A DNA stretch of 64,000 nucleotides from Minisyncoccota bacterium (GTDB lineage: Bacteria > Patescibacteriota > Minisyncoccia > Phycocordibacterales > Phycocordibacteraceae). The notes beneath the pieces were generated by a model. The model did not search any database. It had not been told where the DNA came from and was given only the letters and a program-made list of their open reading frames with translations. The DNA lies in the NCBI GenBank assembly GCA_022841985.1, contig JALHQL010000006.1:16-64015 (forward strand), given 5' to 3'. Each line of letters begins with the position of its first letter. Position 1 is the first letter of the stretch. Below are positions 28,453-38,952 of this stretch, piece by piece. Both the position numbers and the translations under genes were made by a program.

Positions 28453-29211
28453 TCACAAACTACTCAAAGCTAACCATGTTGAAAGAGGGAGATCTTCGGC
28501 ACGTGCTTTAAAAGGGATACTTCCATCAGAGAGACCTGCATCAATTAGATTATTTTGTACAAATTTGCGCTTATGGGCAAAACCCGCGTGAATAAGAGCA
28601 AAGAATCGCTGCTCTTCTTCTCGCGTGGAGAAGTTTTTACGGGAAATATTACGAATAGTGAGCACGGCAGAATCTACCTGTGGTGCAGGCACGAAGGCAC
28701 CGCGCGGCACTGAGAATTCAAGCTTTGGCGTACCGTATGCTTTTACTGAGAGCGACAGAATACTCTCTTTTTTAGAGCGCGCGATGCGTTCTGCGACTTC
28801 CTTTTGCACAAGAAGAGTCATTATGCTTGGCTGATTTTCCGATTCGAGAAACATTCTAAATATTTCGCCTGTCAGGTAGTACGGAATATTCGCAACGAGA
28901 GCATAGCCTTTGGGGAGTGTGGCGATATCGAAAGTACGGATGTCGCCATGAATGAGTTCTAGTCTCTGTTCCGAAACATCCTTCGCGAAATCAGTTTGTA
29001 ACTTTAGGAAAAGTTCGTAATCTGCTTCAAGAGAGATCACCTTCCCTACTCGCTTCAAGAGTTCCCTGGTAAGCATGCCCGTACCCGGACCAATTTCAAA
29101 CGCGACAGCATCCGAAGCAAGCTCAGACACAAGGACTATGCGTTCCGCGATACGCGCATGCATCAGAAAATTTTGCCCTAACGATTTTTTCGCTTTAAAA
29201 AAAGATGTCAT
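28453..29211 (-). CDS. rsmA: 16S rRNA (adenine1518/1519-N6)-dimethyltransferase RsmA/KsgA
   Basis: KKSLGQNFLMHARIAERIV...EIGPGTGMLTREL. Start at 29211 (cat at 29209-29211). Confidence 0.85.
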   Translation of the reverse strand: MTSFFKAKKSLGQNFLMHARIAERIVLVSELASDAVAFEIGPGTGMLTRELLKRVGKVISLEADYELFLKLQTDFAKDVSEQRLELIHGDIRTFDIATLPKGYALVANIPYYLTGEIFRMFLESENQPSIMTLLVQKEVAERIARSKKESILSLSVKAYGTPKLEFSVPRGAFVPAPQVDSAVLTIRNISRKNFSTREEEQRFFALIHAGFAHKRKFVQNNLIDAGLSDGSIPFKARAEDLPLSTWLALSSL

Positions 29212-31123
29212 GGTCTTCAGTCTCATCAAGAAGTACAAGCGAGTTATCGATATCTGCGAGAAACGAGGAGGGTTCCGCTGCGGTATCGGTGCCATAAATC
29301 TTGCGAACTCGCGCGAGTGTCAGGAAAAGACGATCCTTTGCGCGTGTCATCGCAACATAAAAGAGTCGTCGCTCCTCTTCTTCGTCTCGATCTTTCTCTC
29401 CACCCATACCTTGATGAGGGAATAATCCCTCCTCCATACCACTCACGAACACCGTACCGAACTCAAGACCCTTCGCAGCATGGACCGTCATGAGCGTAAC
29501 GCCCGTCTTCTCCCCTTGATCCAACTCATCCTGATCGCTCGCGAGCGCAGACTCAGCAAGAAATGCTGCAATACCTTCTTTACCAACATTCTCATCGTGC
29601 CGTGCGGCTACGGAAGCAATCTCCTCGACGTTCTCGAAGCGCTCGCGGTCTTCTGCACTACCCTCTTCAAAAAGAGCTCGTCGCATACCGCTCTTCTCAA
29701 TGACAAGCCGTACGAAAGCAGAAGGAGTCAGCGCGGACGCCGCTTGTGAAAGTTCGGCAATGATGAGCTCAAACTGTTCAACTTTTGCAAGCTCACCTGC
29801 GCGCAAAAGTGATCGCTGTCCCGCCGCCAGTTTGCCGAGAGTCACTTTGCCAATACCGCGCGGCGGCGAAGCCGCCGCGCGCAGCTTATCGACCTCGCGA
29901 GTAGGCTCCATCGCAAGACGTATCCACGCGAGTGCGTCCTTCACCTCCTTGCGCGCGAAGAAATGCGTCCCCAACAATTTATACGGCACGCCTGCACGCA
30001 AAAGCCCTTCTTCAAGCGCTCGCGACTGAAAATTTGTACGGAAAAGTATAGCGATATCTTCGGGCTTCGTTCCTTTTTTCATCAACTCCCGTATCTTGAG
30101 AGCAATCCACCGCGCCTCATCCTCGGCGCTCCTCGCCATATGGACGACGATAGACTCACCCGCCGCCTGTTCAGTCGTCGAGTATTTTTCCTTGCGATTT
30201 TTGTTCTTTTCGATAACAGCATTCGCCGCATCCACCAAATTCTTCGTCGAACGATAGTTTCGCTCAAGAATAATCGTCTGAGACTCTGGATATTTCTTAT
30301 CGAACTCGAGTAGATTTTCAATTGTCGCACCACGCCAGGTATAAATAGTCTGATCAATATCACCAACGACAAAAAGATTCCGGTGTTTCTCTGCAAGTAT
30401 ATTTGTAAGCCTGCCTTGGAGCGCGTTCGTATCCTGGTACTCATCAATGTGTAGATACTGCCAACGATCCTGTGCGAGTGCTCGGACGTCGGCGTGTTCT
30501 TGAAGCATACGCACCGGAAGCGCAATAAGATCATCAAAGTCGAGTGACTTTTCAGCAGCAAGTGTTTTCTCATACCGTAACCACACTTCTGCCGTGATGC
30601 GCGCACCGAAACCGCTGCGTGCATTCTTCTCATAGAACTCGTTTGCACGCATTCCCTCCCCTTTCGCGCGAGAGATGCGGCCCAAAACGGCTCGTGGCGA
30701 GAGCTCTTTCGTATCTACATCAAGCGCCTTCAGTGCTGCGGCGATAGCTTTTTCAGAATCGTCACGGTCGTAGACACTGAAGAAGCGCGGAACGCCAATA
30801 ACTTTGCCATACTTTTCGAGCAATTCTCGACCGAGACCGTGAAAGGTGGCCACGAACGGAGACTCCGATAAATTTTCTTCGCCGAGCATTGTGCGAACCC
30901 GCGCACGCATTTCACGAGCGGATTTATTGGTGAAAGTAACCGCAAGAATTTGATTCGCAGGAATACCTTCACGAATAAGATGGTAGATACGCGTCGTAAG
31001 AACGCGCGTTTTACCACTTCCCGCACCTGCAAGAACTGAAATAGGTCCGTCCTTCGCAAGCACTGCAAGCTTCTGCGCATCATTTAATCCTTCAAGGTAA
31101 TTCACCCTTCGAATATAACGCAC
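29195..31123 (-). CDS. UvrD/PcrA/Rep-family (SF1) DNA helicase
   Basis: LNDAQKLAVLAKDGPISVLAGAGSGKTRVLTTRI (Walker A), and the later helicase motifs. Confidence 0.85.
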   Translation of the reverse strand: MRYIRRVNYLEGLNDAQKLAVLAKDGPISVLAGAGSGKTRVLTTRIYHLIREGIPANQILAVTFTNKSAREMRARVRTMLGEENLSESPFVATFHGLGRELLEKYGKVIGVPRFFSVYDRDDSEKAIAAALKALDVDTKELSPRAVLGRISRAKGEGMRANEFYEKNARSGFGARITAEVWLRYEKTLAAEKSLDFDDLIALPVRMLQEHADVRALAQDRWQYLHIDEYQDTNALQGRLTNILAEKHRNLFVVGDIDQTIYTWRGATIENLLEFDKKYPESQTIILERNYRSTKNLVDAANAVIEKNKNRKEKYSTTEQAAGESIVVHMARSAEDEARWIALKIRELMKKGTKPEDIAILFRTNFQSRALEEGLLRAGVPYKLLGTHFFARKEVKDALAWIRLAMEPTREVDKLRAAASPPRGIGKVTLGKLAAGQRSLLRAGELAKVEQFELIIAELSQAASALTPSAFVRLVIEKSGMRRALFEEGSAEDRERFENVEEIASVAARHDENVGKEGIAAFLAESALASDQDELDQGEKTGVTLMTVHAAKGLEFGTVFVSGMEEGLFPHQGMGGEKDRDEEEERRLFYVAMTRAKDRLFLTLARVRKIYGTDTAAEPSSFLADIDNSLVLLDETEDHDIFF

Positions 31124-31315
31124 AAATGGCTTTCCACAGCTATCGGATTAAGCCGTTGACTACCGGCTCCACTCGGCTATACTCTTTGTATCGACTGATA
31201 CGGATGTATTCAAGAAATGGCTTATGTACTTGGTATATAGGCCATTTTTGTATGAGCAGACCCACCGCGTTCCCCCTGTTTACCTATTGAATTAAATAAA
31301 AAACTTCTCGCCTCG

Positions 31316-32404
31316 ATGCCGCAAGACACGAGACCTGATATATACGGAATTCTCAGACACTGCGCGCTACTTATCGCAGGGTTCGTGACTATTATTTTTG
31401 CTATTGTCTCTCTGCCAAACCGCGCGGACGCGTTTTGGTCATTTTTTACAAATGCAGATGCGGCGGTCAATACTCCCCTTCCCGATTCAAAAACTCCCGT
31501 ACTCGTCGCCGCTACTAACTTTGACCCGAACCCAAACAAAGGTCTTGGTGAGTACCAGATAAACAACGGCAACGCCCTCATCGCCCATGGAGGCCCCGCC
31601 GGCAGTACGGGAACCACCATCGCAAACATCCCGCCACCTGACCGCATTTCGGTCTATGTGGTGCGTCCGGGCGATACGCTCTCAGAGATCGCAAACATGT
31701 TCGGAGTTTCAATAAATACCATCATCTGGGCAAATGACCTCAAAAACTCTCGAGATGTACATCCAGGCGATACGCTCGTTATTCTGCCCGTCTCGGGCGT
31801 TGAGCGCACAATAGTTAAGGGAGACACACTTAAGTCACTCGCAAAGAAATATGGCGCCCATGCGGAAGATATTGCGCAATACAACGGCCTCGATCTGACG
31901 GAAGCACTTGTCGTCGGCACGACCATTATTATCCCCGGCGGAGAGATAGCCGTACCGGTGCCGACTACACACGCACCCTCTACTCATCGCGAACCCTATC
32001 TTGGCAGTAGCGGCTCCACACAATCGGGTTACTACAGCAACCCGGTACCAGGCGGCATCATCACACAGAGCCTACATGGATGGAATGGCATTGACATCGG
32101 CGGCGTGCGCGGTACACCTGTTCGGGCAGCAGCAAATGGTACGGTCATTGTGGCGCGAGGCAGCGGATGGAACGGCGGCTACGGTGTCTACGTCGTTATC
32201 ATGCATGACAATGGCAGTCAGACACTCTATTCGCACATGGGGAGCATCGTCGTCTCTCCTGGTCAGCAGGTCTCGTCCGGCCAGATTATCGGCTATGTCG
32301 GATCGACTGGTCTATCGACCGGTCCACATCTCCACTTCGAGGTTCGCGGTGCAGTAAACCCTTTCCGTAATTGCCCAGTCGGTCGCGTCTGTGCTCCGCA
32401 ATAG
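31316..32404 (+). CDS. cell-wall endopeptidase with two LysM domains and a C-terminal M23 peptidase domain
   Basis: N-terminal TM segment, two LysM (GDTLSEIANMFGVSINTIIWAN, GDTLKSLAKKYGAHAEDIAQYN), and the M23 HxxxD...HLH signature (GYVGSTGLSTGPHLHFEV). Confidence 0.85.
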   Translation: MPQDTRPDIYGILRHCALLIAGFVTIIFAIVSLPNRADAFWSFFTNADAAVNTPLPDSKTPVLVAATNFDPNPNKGLGEYQINNGNALIAHGGPAGSTGTTIANIPPPDRISVYVVRPGDTLSEIANMFGVSINTIIWANDLKNSRDVHPGDTLVILPVSGVERTIVKGDTLKSLAKKYGAHAEDIAQYNGLDLTEALVVGTTIIIPGGEIAVPVPTTHAPSTHREPYLGSSGSTQSGYYSNPVPGGIITQSLHGWNGIDIGGVRGTPVRAAANGTVIVARGSGWNGGYGVYVVIMHDNGSQTLYSHMGSIVVSPGQQVSSGQIIGYVGSTGLSTGPHLHFEVRGAVNPFRNCPVGRVCAPQ

Positions 32405-32406
32405 AA

Positions 32407-32436
32407 AATCGCCAGCTCCTCCGAAGCTGGCGATTG
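32407..32436. terminator. hairpin shared by the convergent genes at 31316..32404 and 32456..32827
   Basis: aatcgccagct-cctccga-agctggcgatt. Confidence 0.4.
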
Positions 32437-32455
32437 CGTTAATGGTGAAATTCCG

Positions 32456-32827
32456 TTACTTAAATTTGATTGGGCCTGAACCCATTTGATTGTCATACTG
32501 CCTTTGATACAGGTTCCAGAATGCTTTTGCTTCTTCTGGGGATATGACGTGATCACGATCCGGATCAGCCTTGACGTACATCTGATAGATCGAATCTTCA
32601 ATTTCCTTAGGACTCTTACCTTTTTGAGTCTCTTCCTGGACCGCTTCGACTTTTTCCATGATAGATGCGGCTTCCCCACGCAATACGAACTGAAAGATTC
32701 CATTGCGGAAATCCCTTGCCACTTCAGGTGCGGGGGGAGCGACGGCAGACTTTACCTCCGGCGCCACACATCCAGTCACGAACATACCGAGTGCCACTAA
32801 AGCAAAACCTAAAACACGATTCTTCAT
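32456..32827 (-). CDS. small lipoprotein with an EF-hand-like Ca-binding loop
   Basis: Lipobox MFVTGCVAP. DPDRDHVISPEE fits the DxDxDxxxxxxE pattern. Confidence 0.5.
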   Translation of the reverse strand: MKNRVLGFALVALGMFVTGCVAPEVKSAVAPPAPEVARDFRNGIFQFVLRGEAASIMEKVEAVQEETQKGKSPKEIEDSIYQMYVKADPDRDHVISPEEAKAFWNLYQRQYDNQMGSGPIKFK

Positions 32828-32925
32828 AACTACCTCCTGACTAAGGGTAAATGATGTATTGATAGGAACTTACTAATATACAGTATACCAAAAATTGACT
32901 TAAAAGTCAACCGACTGTTATTTTG

Positions 32926-34458
32926 TCATTCAAATCCGAACAAACCGCGAGGACGGTACTGCAAAGCTTCGTGCACGTATGCCGGAGTGACGGAATCGGC
33001 GCCGGCAAGATCGGCGATAGTGCGCGCTACACGCATAGTGCGATGGTAACTCCTCGGTGAGAGATGGAGGCGCGTAGCGGCGCTTGTCAATGCTTCCTTC
33101 GCAGCAGCGGTGAAGCCACTTTTCTCATCGAGTTCTCGACTCGTGAGTGCTGCATTCGTTGCGCCATTTTTCCCGGTTCGCTTCTCAGCGCGCGACCGAG
33201 CAGAGATGACGCGCCCGCGCACTTTTTCAGATGATTCGCCCTGTGAAAGTTTCGAGAGAGTATCGTGCGGAACAAGCGGCACTTCAATCCAGAGATCGAG
33301 ACGGTCGACAATAGGTCGCGAAATGCGTCGCGCTTGCTTCGCTGCAGCGCGTATCGCCACGCGCGAATCATCAGAAAGTGTGTTTGCCGGATTCATCGCC
33401 GCGACGATCATGCAGTCAGCAGGAAATGTGACGCTTGCCCGCGCGCGAGAAACGGTAACAATACGATCCTCAAGCGGCTGTCGTAGAGCCTCAAGCGCCC
33501 GCGACTCAAACTCAGGGAATTCATCCAGGAACAGAACTCCTCTATGCGCCAAAGTCACTTCGCCCGCTTTAGGGAAAGCTCCGCCGCCCACGATCGCCAC
33601 ATGAGAAACTGAATGGTGCGGAGCCCGAAACGGCGGCCAATACACTGCCTCCCCTTCCTTAAGAAGACCGGCGGTCGAATGTATTGCGGTTACTTCAAGC
33701 ACATCGTCATTTGTGAGCGGAGGAAGGATACCTGCAAGCGCACGAGCGAGCATGGTTTTCCCGGTACCGGGCGGGCCATAAAAAACGATATTATGTCGGC
33801 CGGCAGCAGCAATCTCAAGCGCCCGCTTGGCGCTCTCCTGACCTTTTACATCTGCAAGATCGAGCGCGGGTGGCAGTACGAGCGCTTTTTTATCACGGAC
33901 AAGACGAGGAAGCAGTTTCTCTCCCTTCAAATGCTGCAAAAGATCTTTGAGCGACTTCGGTGCGTAAATAGCGAGTCCTTCAGCAAGCAGCGCTTCGCGA
34001 GAATTTTCTGGTGGTACGAAAATAGTCTTGATACCCGCACGCTTCGCTGCGAGTACTTGTGCCAAAACACCGCGCACATTACGCACTGTCCCATCGAGAG
34101 CGAGTTCCCCGATGAAAAGCATGTCTTCATTACAGGACGGAAGGTCACCAACGGCAGTAAGATATGCTAGTGCAAGCGCGAGATCGTAGTGTGAACCTTC
34201 CTTTTTTAAATCTGCAGGGGAAAGAGAGAGGACGATGCGTTTGTTCTGCTGCTTGGGAGACTTGTAACCAGAGTGACGTATCGCGGCACTAACCCTGTCG
34301 CGAGCCTCATCGACTGCCTTATCAGCAAGACCGACCACAGAGAATGCATGCAGTCCGCGCGTGAGATCGGCTTCGACTATGACCATTTCCGCACCCGAGC
34401 CAACAGGCTGTGCCGCAAGTGTTTTCGCGTACCCGTACTTAGGTGGCGACACGGGCAT
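32926..34458 (-). CDS. comM: Mg-chelatase-like AAA+ ATPase ComM/YifB
   Basis: [22 protein letters not shown], a C-terminal Mg-chelatase-like region, and an N-terminal Lon-protease-like substrate-binding domain. Start at 34458 (cat at 34456-34458). Confidence 0.85.
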   Translation of the reverse strand: MPVSPPKYGYAKTLAAQPVGSGAEMVIVEADLTRGLHAFSVVGLADKAVDEARDRVSAAIRHSGYKSPKQQNKRIVLSLSPADLKKEGSHYDLALALAYLTAVGDLPSCNEDMLFIGELALDGTVRNVRGVLAQVLAAKRAGIKTIFVPPENSREALLAEGLAIYAPKSLKDLLQHLKGEKLLPRLVRDKKALVLPPALDLADVKGQESAKRALEIAAAGRHNIVFYGPPGTGKTMLARALAGILPPLTNDDVLEVTAIHSTAGLLKEGEAVYWPPFRAPHHSVSHVAIVGGGAFPKAGEVTLAHRGVLFLDEFPEFESRALEALRQPLEDRIVTVSRARASVTFPADCMIVAAMNPANTLSDDSRVAIRAAAKQARRISRPIVDRLDLWIEVPLVPHDTLSKLSQGESSEKVRGRVISARSRAEKRTGKNGATNAALTSRELDEKSGFTAAAKEALTSAATRLHLSPRSYHRTMRVARTIADLAGADSVTPAYVHEALQYRPRGLFGFE

Positions 34459-34466
34459 TTTTGTTT

Positions 34467-34814
34467 TTACAGATGCTTGATGCACGTTGTTGCGGCAGGG
34501 TCGGCTCCGAGACGGGCTTCTTCTATCGCATCGCTGCACACTTTGCATTTTCCGTAGGTTTTTTTATTTATTCTTGAAAGCGCGGCAAGGACAGTGTCGT
34601 ACCTAGCTTCCAGATCCGCAAGAATAGCCGTGTTGCCCTCACGACTCATAATGACATCAGCCTGATCGGCAAGGTCCGCTTCAGTACCCGTCTCCGACGG
34701 AACTGGCTCCCAGTCGCCGAGAACTCTCGGATTCTTCCGCCCGACACTCCCCATCTCAACTTCCAACTTCGCCTTCTCTATTTCGAGTTTTTTCTTATAT
34801 TGTTCAGTTTTCAT
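34467..34814 (-). CDS. DksA/TraR-family C4 zinc-finger protein
   Basis: Coiled-coil N-terminal half, and C-x2-C...C-x2-C ([26 protein letters not shown]). Confidence 0.7.
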   Translation of the reverse strand: MKTEQYKKKLEIEKAKLEVEMGSVGRKNPRVLGDWEPVPSETGTEADLADQADVIMSREGNTAILADLEARYDTVLAALSRINKKTYGKCKVCSDAIEEARLGADPAATTCIKHL

Positions 34815-34831
34815 TGGGGAATGATACCAGA

Positions 34832-36016
34832 TTATTGAGCTCGCGAAGTTGCGAGTCGCTGGAGTATCTCACTAAATGCCGCTGGGTCGCGAGCGATAAC
34901 AAGCGTTGTCTGATTCCAATAGCCATAAACGAGGACACTCTGTCCCTCCACATCACGGTGTATACGTACGTCATGATTTGCAACGATATCGTCAAGAAAC
35001 ACGATCTGTGCTCCCAAAGCATTCGAAGTGCTTGTCGCCTTCCCCGCGACATTCGTCTTCTTCGTAGTAACAGCGGTTGATGTCGCCGATAAAACAGGAG
35101 GAGTGGGTTTTATGTAGGGCGGAAAGAGCTGCGCAAGCTCGCCTAGCATCGATGGCTCCCACTGCAGCATGCCTGAAAAAGTTTCGCTATAAGAATCCAC
35201 GGAAAGAACGAAAAATGGACTTTGTCTACCATCAATATTCACCACACCTGCCATACTGCCCGCAGCGTTCACATTGCGCAACAGAATATCAGGCGCCGAC
35301 AGACGCAGCGCGGAAAAAACACTATCGGAATTAGTGGTTGCTGTTTCAAAATAGAGGAGTCGAACGGCACCGACCGCAATCATTCGAGCGACCGATTGCT
35401 CAATTGCCTGAGAGAGGTCAAGACCCGCGCCCGTTAGCTGCTCACGCTCGTCGACGAATATCGGGGCCGATACCACTGGGGCAAAAATGACCCGTGTCTT
35501 GTCCAAATAGTTCGTATAGGCAATGTATACGCCAATTCCGCTTACTATAAGTAACAAGCTGCCTGCGATACCAAAGATAAGACCGTGCTGTGAAGATTTT
35601 TGTGGCGGTGCTTGAGGAGCGTCGGTTGCCGAGTCTTGTTCGGCAGCAAGCACGGTTGCCGCTGAAGAATGCGTGTCCTGCATCCGCTGTGAAAAATCTC
35701 CCTCGTATGTCTTCAGGGGCGTTACTGGCGGAGGCAAAGGTTGAGGCGCTACTGGTGGAGCGAATGATGGTTCTGGAATCGATTTCTGAACCGGGGCTGC
35801 CACTGGTGTCGGAATAGGGATAGGTGGAGGCGAAACCGGCGCTACGGTCGGCGGTATTACCACAAAATGATCCTCTCGCGGAACATTCGGCGAGACAAAA
35901 GGCGTAAAATCGGGAGTACCTCCTTCCTTCAAAGTCTTTATATCCCCGTGAAGAGTACGAATATACTTCCCAGGTGGATTTTTATCTGGACTTTTATTTG
36001 TTGCCGTCGTATCCAT
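34832..36016 (-). CDS. single-pass membrane protein with a Pro-rich cytoplasmic N-terminal region and an extracytoplasmic C-terminal domain
   Basis: TM segment LIFGIAGSLLLIVSGIGVYIAYTNY. No catalytic motifs. Confidence 0.45.
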   Translation of the reverse strand: MDTTATNKSPDKNPPGKYIRTLHGDIKTLKEGGTPDFTPFVSPNVPREDHFVVIPPTVAPVSPPPIPIPTPVAAPVQKSIPEPSFAPPVAPQPLPPPVTPLKTYEGDFSQRMQDTHSSAATVLAAEQDSATDAPQAPPQKSSQHGLIFGIAGSLLLIVSGIGVYIAYTNYLDKTRVIFAPVVSAPIFVDEREQLTGAGLDLSQAIEQSVARMIAVGAVRLLYFETATTNSDSVFSALRLSAPDILLRNVNAAGSMAGVVNIDGRQSPFFVLSVDSYSETFSGMLQWEPSMLGELAQLFPPYIKPTPPVLSATSTAVTTKKTNVAGKATSTSNALGAQIVFLDDIVANHDVRIHRDVEGQSVLVYGYWNQTTLVIARDPAAFSEILQRLATSRAQ

Positions 36017-36083
36017 CTCATCCCCTATAGTAACGTATGCGGGGCTACGTAAAGCGGGTTATCCTCGCGAGGTGATAGCAAGA

Positions 36084-36599
36084 TTATGAACGAGAGGTAA
36101 TTGTAAATTTGCGAGGATCATCGCACATGTCAGTAAAGGCGTGTGCCGCTTCTTTGAGCTTGCTTGAAGATGATTTGCCAAAGGAAATAACTTCTACCTG
36201 ACATCCTTCGTTCATGTCGAGATATTGGATGAGAGGAACGAAATCGCCGTCACCTGTCACGAGAACCACGGTGTCGAGTTTTGGAGCAAGCTTGACTGCG
36301 TCAATCGCCAACCCGACGTCCCAATCAGCCTTTTTTGCACCATCGGCGAAGACTTGAAGATCTTTCACTTTCGTCTCGATACCCATCTTGGTAAGCGCTT
36401 CAAAGAAATTCTTTTCTTCGCCCGTCTCAGTCGAGATAACGTACGCAATAGCGCGCACAAGGATGCGGCCCCCGACAGCTTCCTCGAGGATTTTGCCGAA
36501 GTTAACGCGTGCCTTATAGAGATGTTTTGCGCTGTGATAGAGATTCTGGGTATCGATAAATACTCCTATACGCTGCGCTGGATGCTTGATAACTGCCAT
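36084..36599 (-). CDS. NYN/LabA-like domain protein (predicted RNase)
   Basis: IGVFIDTQNLYHSAKH...VLVTGDGDFVPLIQYL. Confidence 0.7.
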   Translation of the reverse strand: MAVIKHPAQRIGVFIDTQNLYHSAKHLYKARVNFGKILEEAVGGRILVRAIAYVISTETGEEKNFFEALTKMGIETKVKDLQVFADGAKKADWDVGLAIDAVKLAPKLDTVVLVTGDGDFVPLIQYLDMNEGCQVEVISFGKSSSSKLKEAAHAFTDMCDDPRKFTITSRS

Positions 36600-36800
36600 A
36601 AAAATAAATACTTATATAAACGAAATAATAAAAACTACTGCTTTTCAATGATACCACCTAACCCTGCGCGAAAACGCGAGACGCAAGACACAGAAAGGCG
36701 GTTACCAGAGGCGTGCTTTTGCGGTACGACAAAAGAAAATCATTGGGACCCCTAACACCGCAAATGGCGTGTAGCACCGGAAGTAAGCCAGTAACCCAGC

Positions 36801-37067
36801 TTACTTCTTCAAACCGAGCTTCTTGATAAGCGCGTTGTAGTGACGCTTGTTATTTGTCTCAAGATAGTGAAGATGCGTACGACGCGCAGCAACCATTTGA
36901 AGAAGACCTCGACGGGAATGAAAATCCTTCGGATTCTTCTTGAGATGCTTCGCGAGTTCGTCAATTTGCCCCGAAAGAAGCGCGACTTGAACGTCTGGCG
37001 AGCCAGTGTCTGTATCGTGTCGGGCGGCATTTTTGATAACCGACGCCTTTTTTCTGGTGGTAAGCAT
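36801..37067 (-). CDS. rpsO: 30S ribosomal protein S15
   Basis: DTGSPDVQVALLSGQIDELAKHLKKNPKDFHSRRGLLQMVAARRTHLHYL. Confidence 0.9.
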   Translation of the reverse strand: MLTTRKKASVIKNAARHDTDTGSPDVQVALLSGQIDELAKHLKKNPKDFHSRRGLLQMVAARRTHLHYLETNNKRHYNALIKKLGLKK

Positions 37068-37193
37068 TGGAGCCCTATCCTACCACGTCTTGCTTATTTG
37101 TGCAAGTTTTGTGTAATCACAGAACCTGCGTCCTAGAGTACCAATACCTTTGAGAAATGTGCGCGGCTTTGCCTCGCTCATTAGTATTCGTTG

Positions 37194-37275
37194 TGGGCAT
37201 GGAGGGACTCGAACCCTCAACCCTTACGGGATACGCTTCTGAGACGTACGCGTATACCAATTCCGCCACATGCCC
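37194..37275 (-). tRNA. tRNA-Leu (anticodon CAG), class II with a long variable arm
   Basis: Cloverleaf folded by hand from the reverse complement. Acceptor gggcatg/catgccc, anticodon loop ctCAGaa, T-loop ttcgagt. No encoded CCA. Confidence 0.7.
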
Positions 37276-37317
37276 TTCTCTATCTATCTTCTCGCCCGCC
37301 ATCTAGCGGACCAGTTG

Positions 37318-37389
37318 TGCCCCTGGCAAGAATCGAACTTGCATTGACGGCTTAGAAGTCCGCAGTTCTGTCCATTGAACTACAGGGGC
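37318..37389 (-). tRNA. tRNA, probably Arg (anticodon TCT) with a 31-39 mismatch. Assignment tentative.
   Basis: Acceptor gcccctg/caggggc, T-arm gcaag-ttcgatt-cttgc, anticodon loop ctTCTaa. No encoded CCA. Confidence 0.5.
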
Positions 37390-37508
37390 GATATTCTTAC
37401 TCTACCCTACTACCAAGCGAGCCGCGTAACAAATGAAAGTCGTCATTCATTTGTCCGAGGCGAGCGTGGGGGAAAAGCTTTGTCCGCAAATAATTTCGCA
37501 CACGAGCA

Positions 37509-37814
37509 TCATCGCGAAGGGTCAGTATAGCGATAGACACCCGTCTCATACTTTGTCGCCTCAGCGGCACGTTTCTCGAATATTGGCTGAGCGGCATCAA
37601 GAAAAGATCTATTGAAAGCCTGCGGCGAACTGAGTTCGACTGAACCAATGACACCTCCGCGAGCTATTGTATCGAAAACCCATACATTCCACACAATGAC
37701 GCCTACGAGCACTATCGCCGAACATATGAGTACCGCTATCCAGTCGCGCGCCGGATCTTGGCGAACCTCAGAGTGTAGCCGTTTCAAGAAAGAATTGGGA
37801 GAGATAGAATTCAT
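37509..37814 (-). CDS. small membrane protein, last gene of the pilMNO-type operon
   Basis: One TM segment (IAVLICSAIVLVGVIVWNVWVF). Start overlaps the stop of the upstream gene. Confidence 0.4.
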   Translation of the reverse strand: MNSISPNSFLKRLHSEVRQDPARDWIAVLICSAIVLVGVIVWNVWVFDTIARGGVIGSVELSSPQAFNRSFLDAAQPIFEKRAAEATKYETGVYRYTDPSR

Positions 37815-38371
37815 GGTGTAGAGGCTTTTAAAACGTCTTGGCCGTCCGAATTCGCCGTATTCGCAGACAATGAGCCGACACGCAGCTTCAGATTGGCACG
37901 CCAGTTACCCTTATCATCTTCCTGTCCGAGTGAGATTTCAGAAATTGAAAGAGCATACGGAGCATACTCAATTGTGCCGACAGTGCGCATCACTGCGTCA
38001 AAGACTCCATTGATTGTCAGAGTAAGCACCAGCATTGGCTGTTTCGTTTCAGTACCTGCCGAAACAGAAAGAACTCTTACTAAGGTTCCTTGCTGGCGTC
38101 CACGTGCCTCGAGGTCATTGATGAATGCGACCACACCAGTTTCCGGAACAAAATAGCTCTGTACGACAGTTTCCTCGCTCGTAATCTTAGTGAGCGCCGC
38201 GCGCACAGAGGCGGCACGACTGGTAGCTTCAATCGCCGCCACAATCTCACTTTCCAATTTCGCGACGCCGACGCTTTTTGTTGAGACGGCAGCATACCAA
38301 AACCCATAGAGAATGAGTGTGGTGACGCATACGGCGCATGCTAGAGCGAGTTGGATAAAAGATGATTTCAT
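37811..38371 (-). CDS. pilO: PilO-like type IV pilus assembly membrane protein
   Basis: N-terminal TM segment plus a periplasmic domain. Position after pilM and pilN with overlapping start and stop. Confidence 0.5.
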   Translation of the reverse strand: MKSSFIQLALACAVCVTTLILYGFWYAAVSTKSVGVAKLESEIVAAIEATSRAASVRAALTKITSEETVVQSYFVPETGVVAFINDLEARGRQQGTLVRVLSVSAGTETKQPMLVLTLTINGVFDAVMRTVGTIEYAPYALSISEISLGQEDDKGNWRANLKLRVGSLSANTANSDGQDVLKASTP

Positions 38372-38952
38372 GGCGCAAGAGTCACGGTAATAGTAAACGA
38401 GATATCAGTATCTTTCGCATACGCAGAAATCGGCAGAGCGGCAGAGCGAACGAGCGGCACACTTTCTAGCGCAAGCTGGTAGTTACGAAGCGCGGCGCGT
38501 GTCTCTGAAGTTCCGGAGAGTATAAGTATGCCAGGACTCTTAGGGGTAGCGGGCGTATAGTTCAGTCCGGAAAGGGTGATCCCTGGGCGTACTACGGCGA
38601 GCATCGAACGAATGATCGTACTTGCGGAAGGCGTGTTCGCAAGCGCCGTTAAAATCGCCATGTTATTTGAGAGTTTCGTAAGACGCGTAGCGAATACGGT
38701 TTCATCCTCAGGTGAAATTGCAGATTTTATGTTTGCGAGACGCATCTCTTTTGCACCAGAACTTGCAGCAAGGAAAACATAGGTTGGCAACAACAGCATA
38801 GCTGCGGTACACGTAATCGCCGTTAGAAGCCATGCGATGACGACGATAACGCGCAGAACATAGTCGCGGGAGAGAGTGCGCTGCCGCTCAAAAGGAAGAA
38901 GATTGGTAAATTCGTTGTGCATACTGTTATGCATGATGATCACGCAGTGCAA
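38368..38952 (-). CDS. pilN: PilN-like type IV pilus assembly membrane protein
   Basis: Single TM segment (VIVVIAWLLTAITCTAAMLLLPTYVFL). Translationally coupled to pilM. Confidence 0.5.
   Translation of the reverse strand: MHCVIIMHNSMHNEFTNLLPFERQRTLSRDYVLRVIVVIAWLLTAITCTAAMLLLPTYVFLAASSGAKEMRLANIKSAISPEDETVFATRLTKLSNNMAILTALANTPSASTIIRSMLAVVRPGITLSGLNYTPATPKSPGILILSGTSETRAALRNYQLALESVPLVRSAALPISAYAKDTDISFTITVTLAP

Noticed and set aside
36600-36800. Possible autoregulatory or leader RNA structure near rpsO.
   Set aside because: The region is downstream of rpsO on its strand, not a leader. Only weak hairpins were seen, and no convincing terminator or riboswitch-like architecture.
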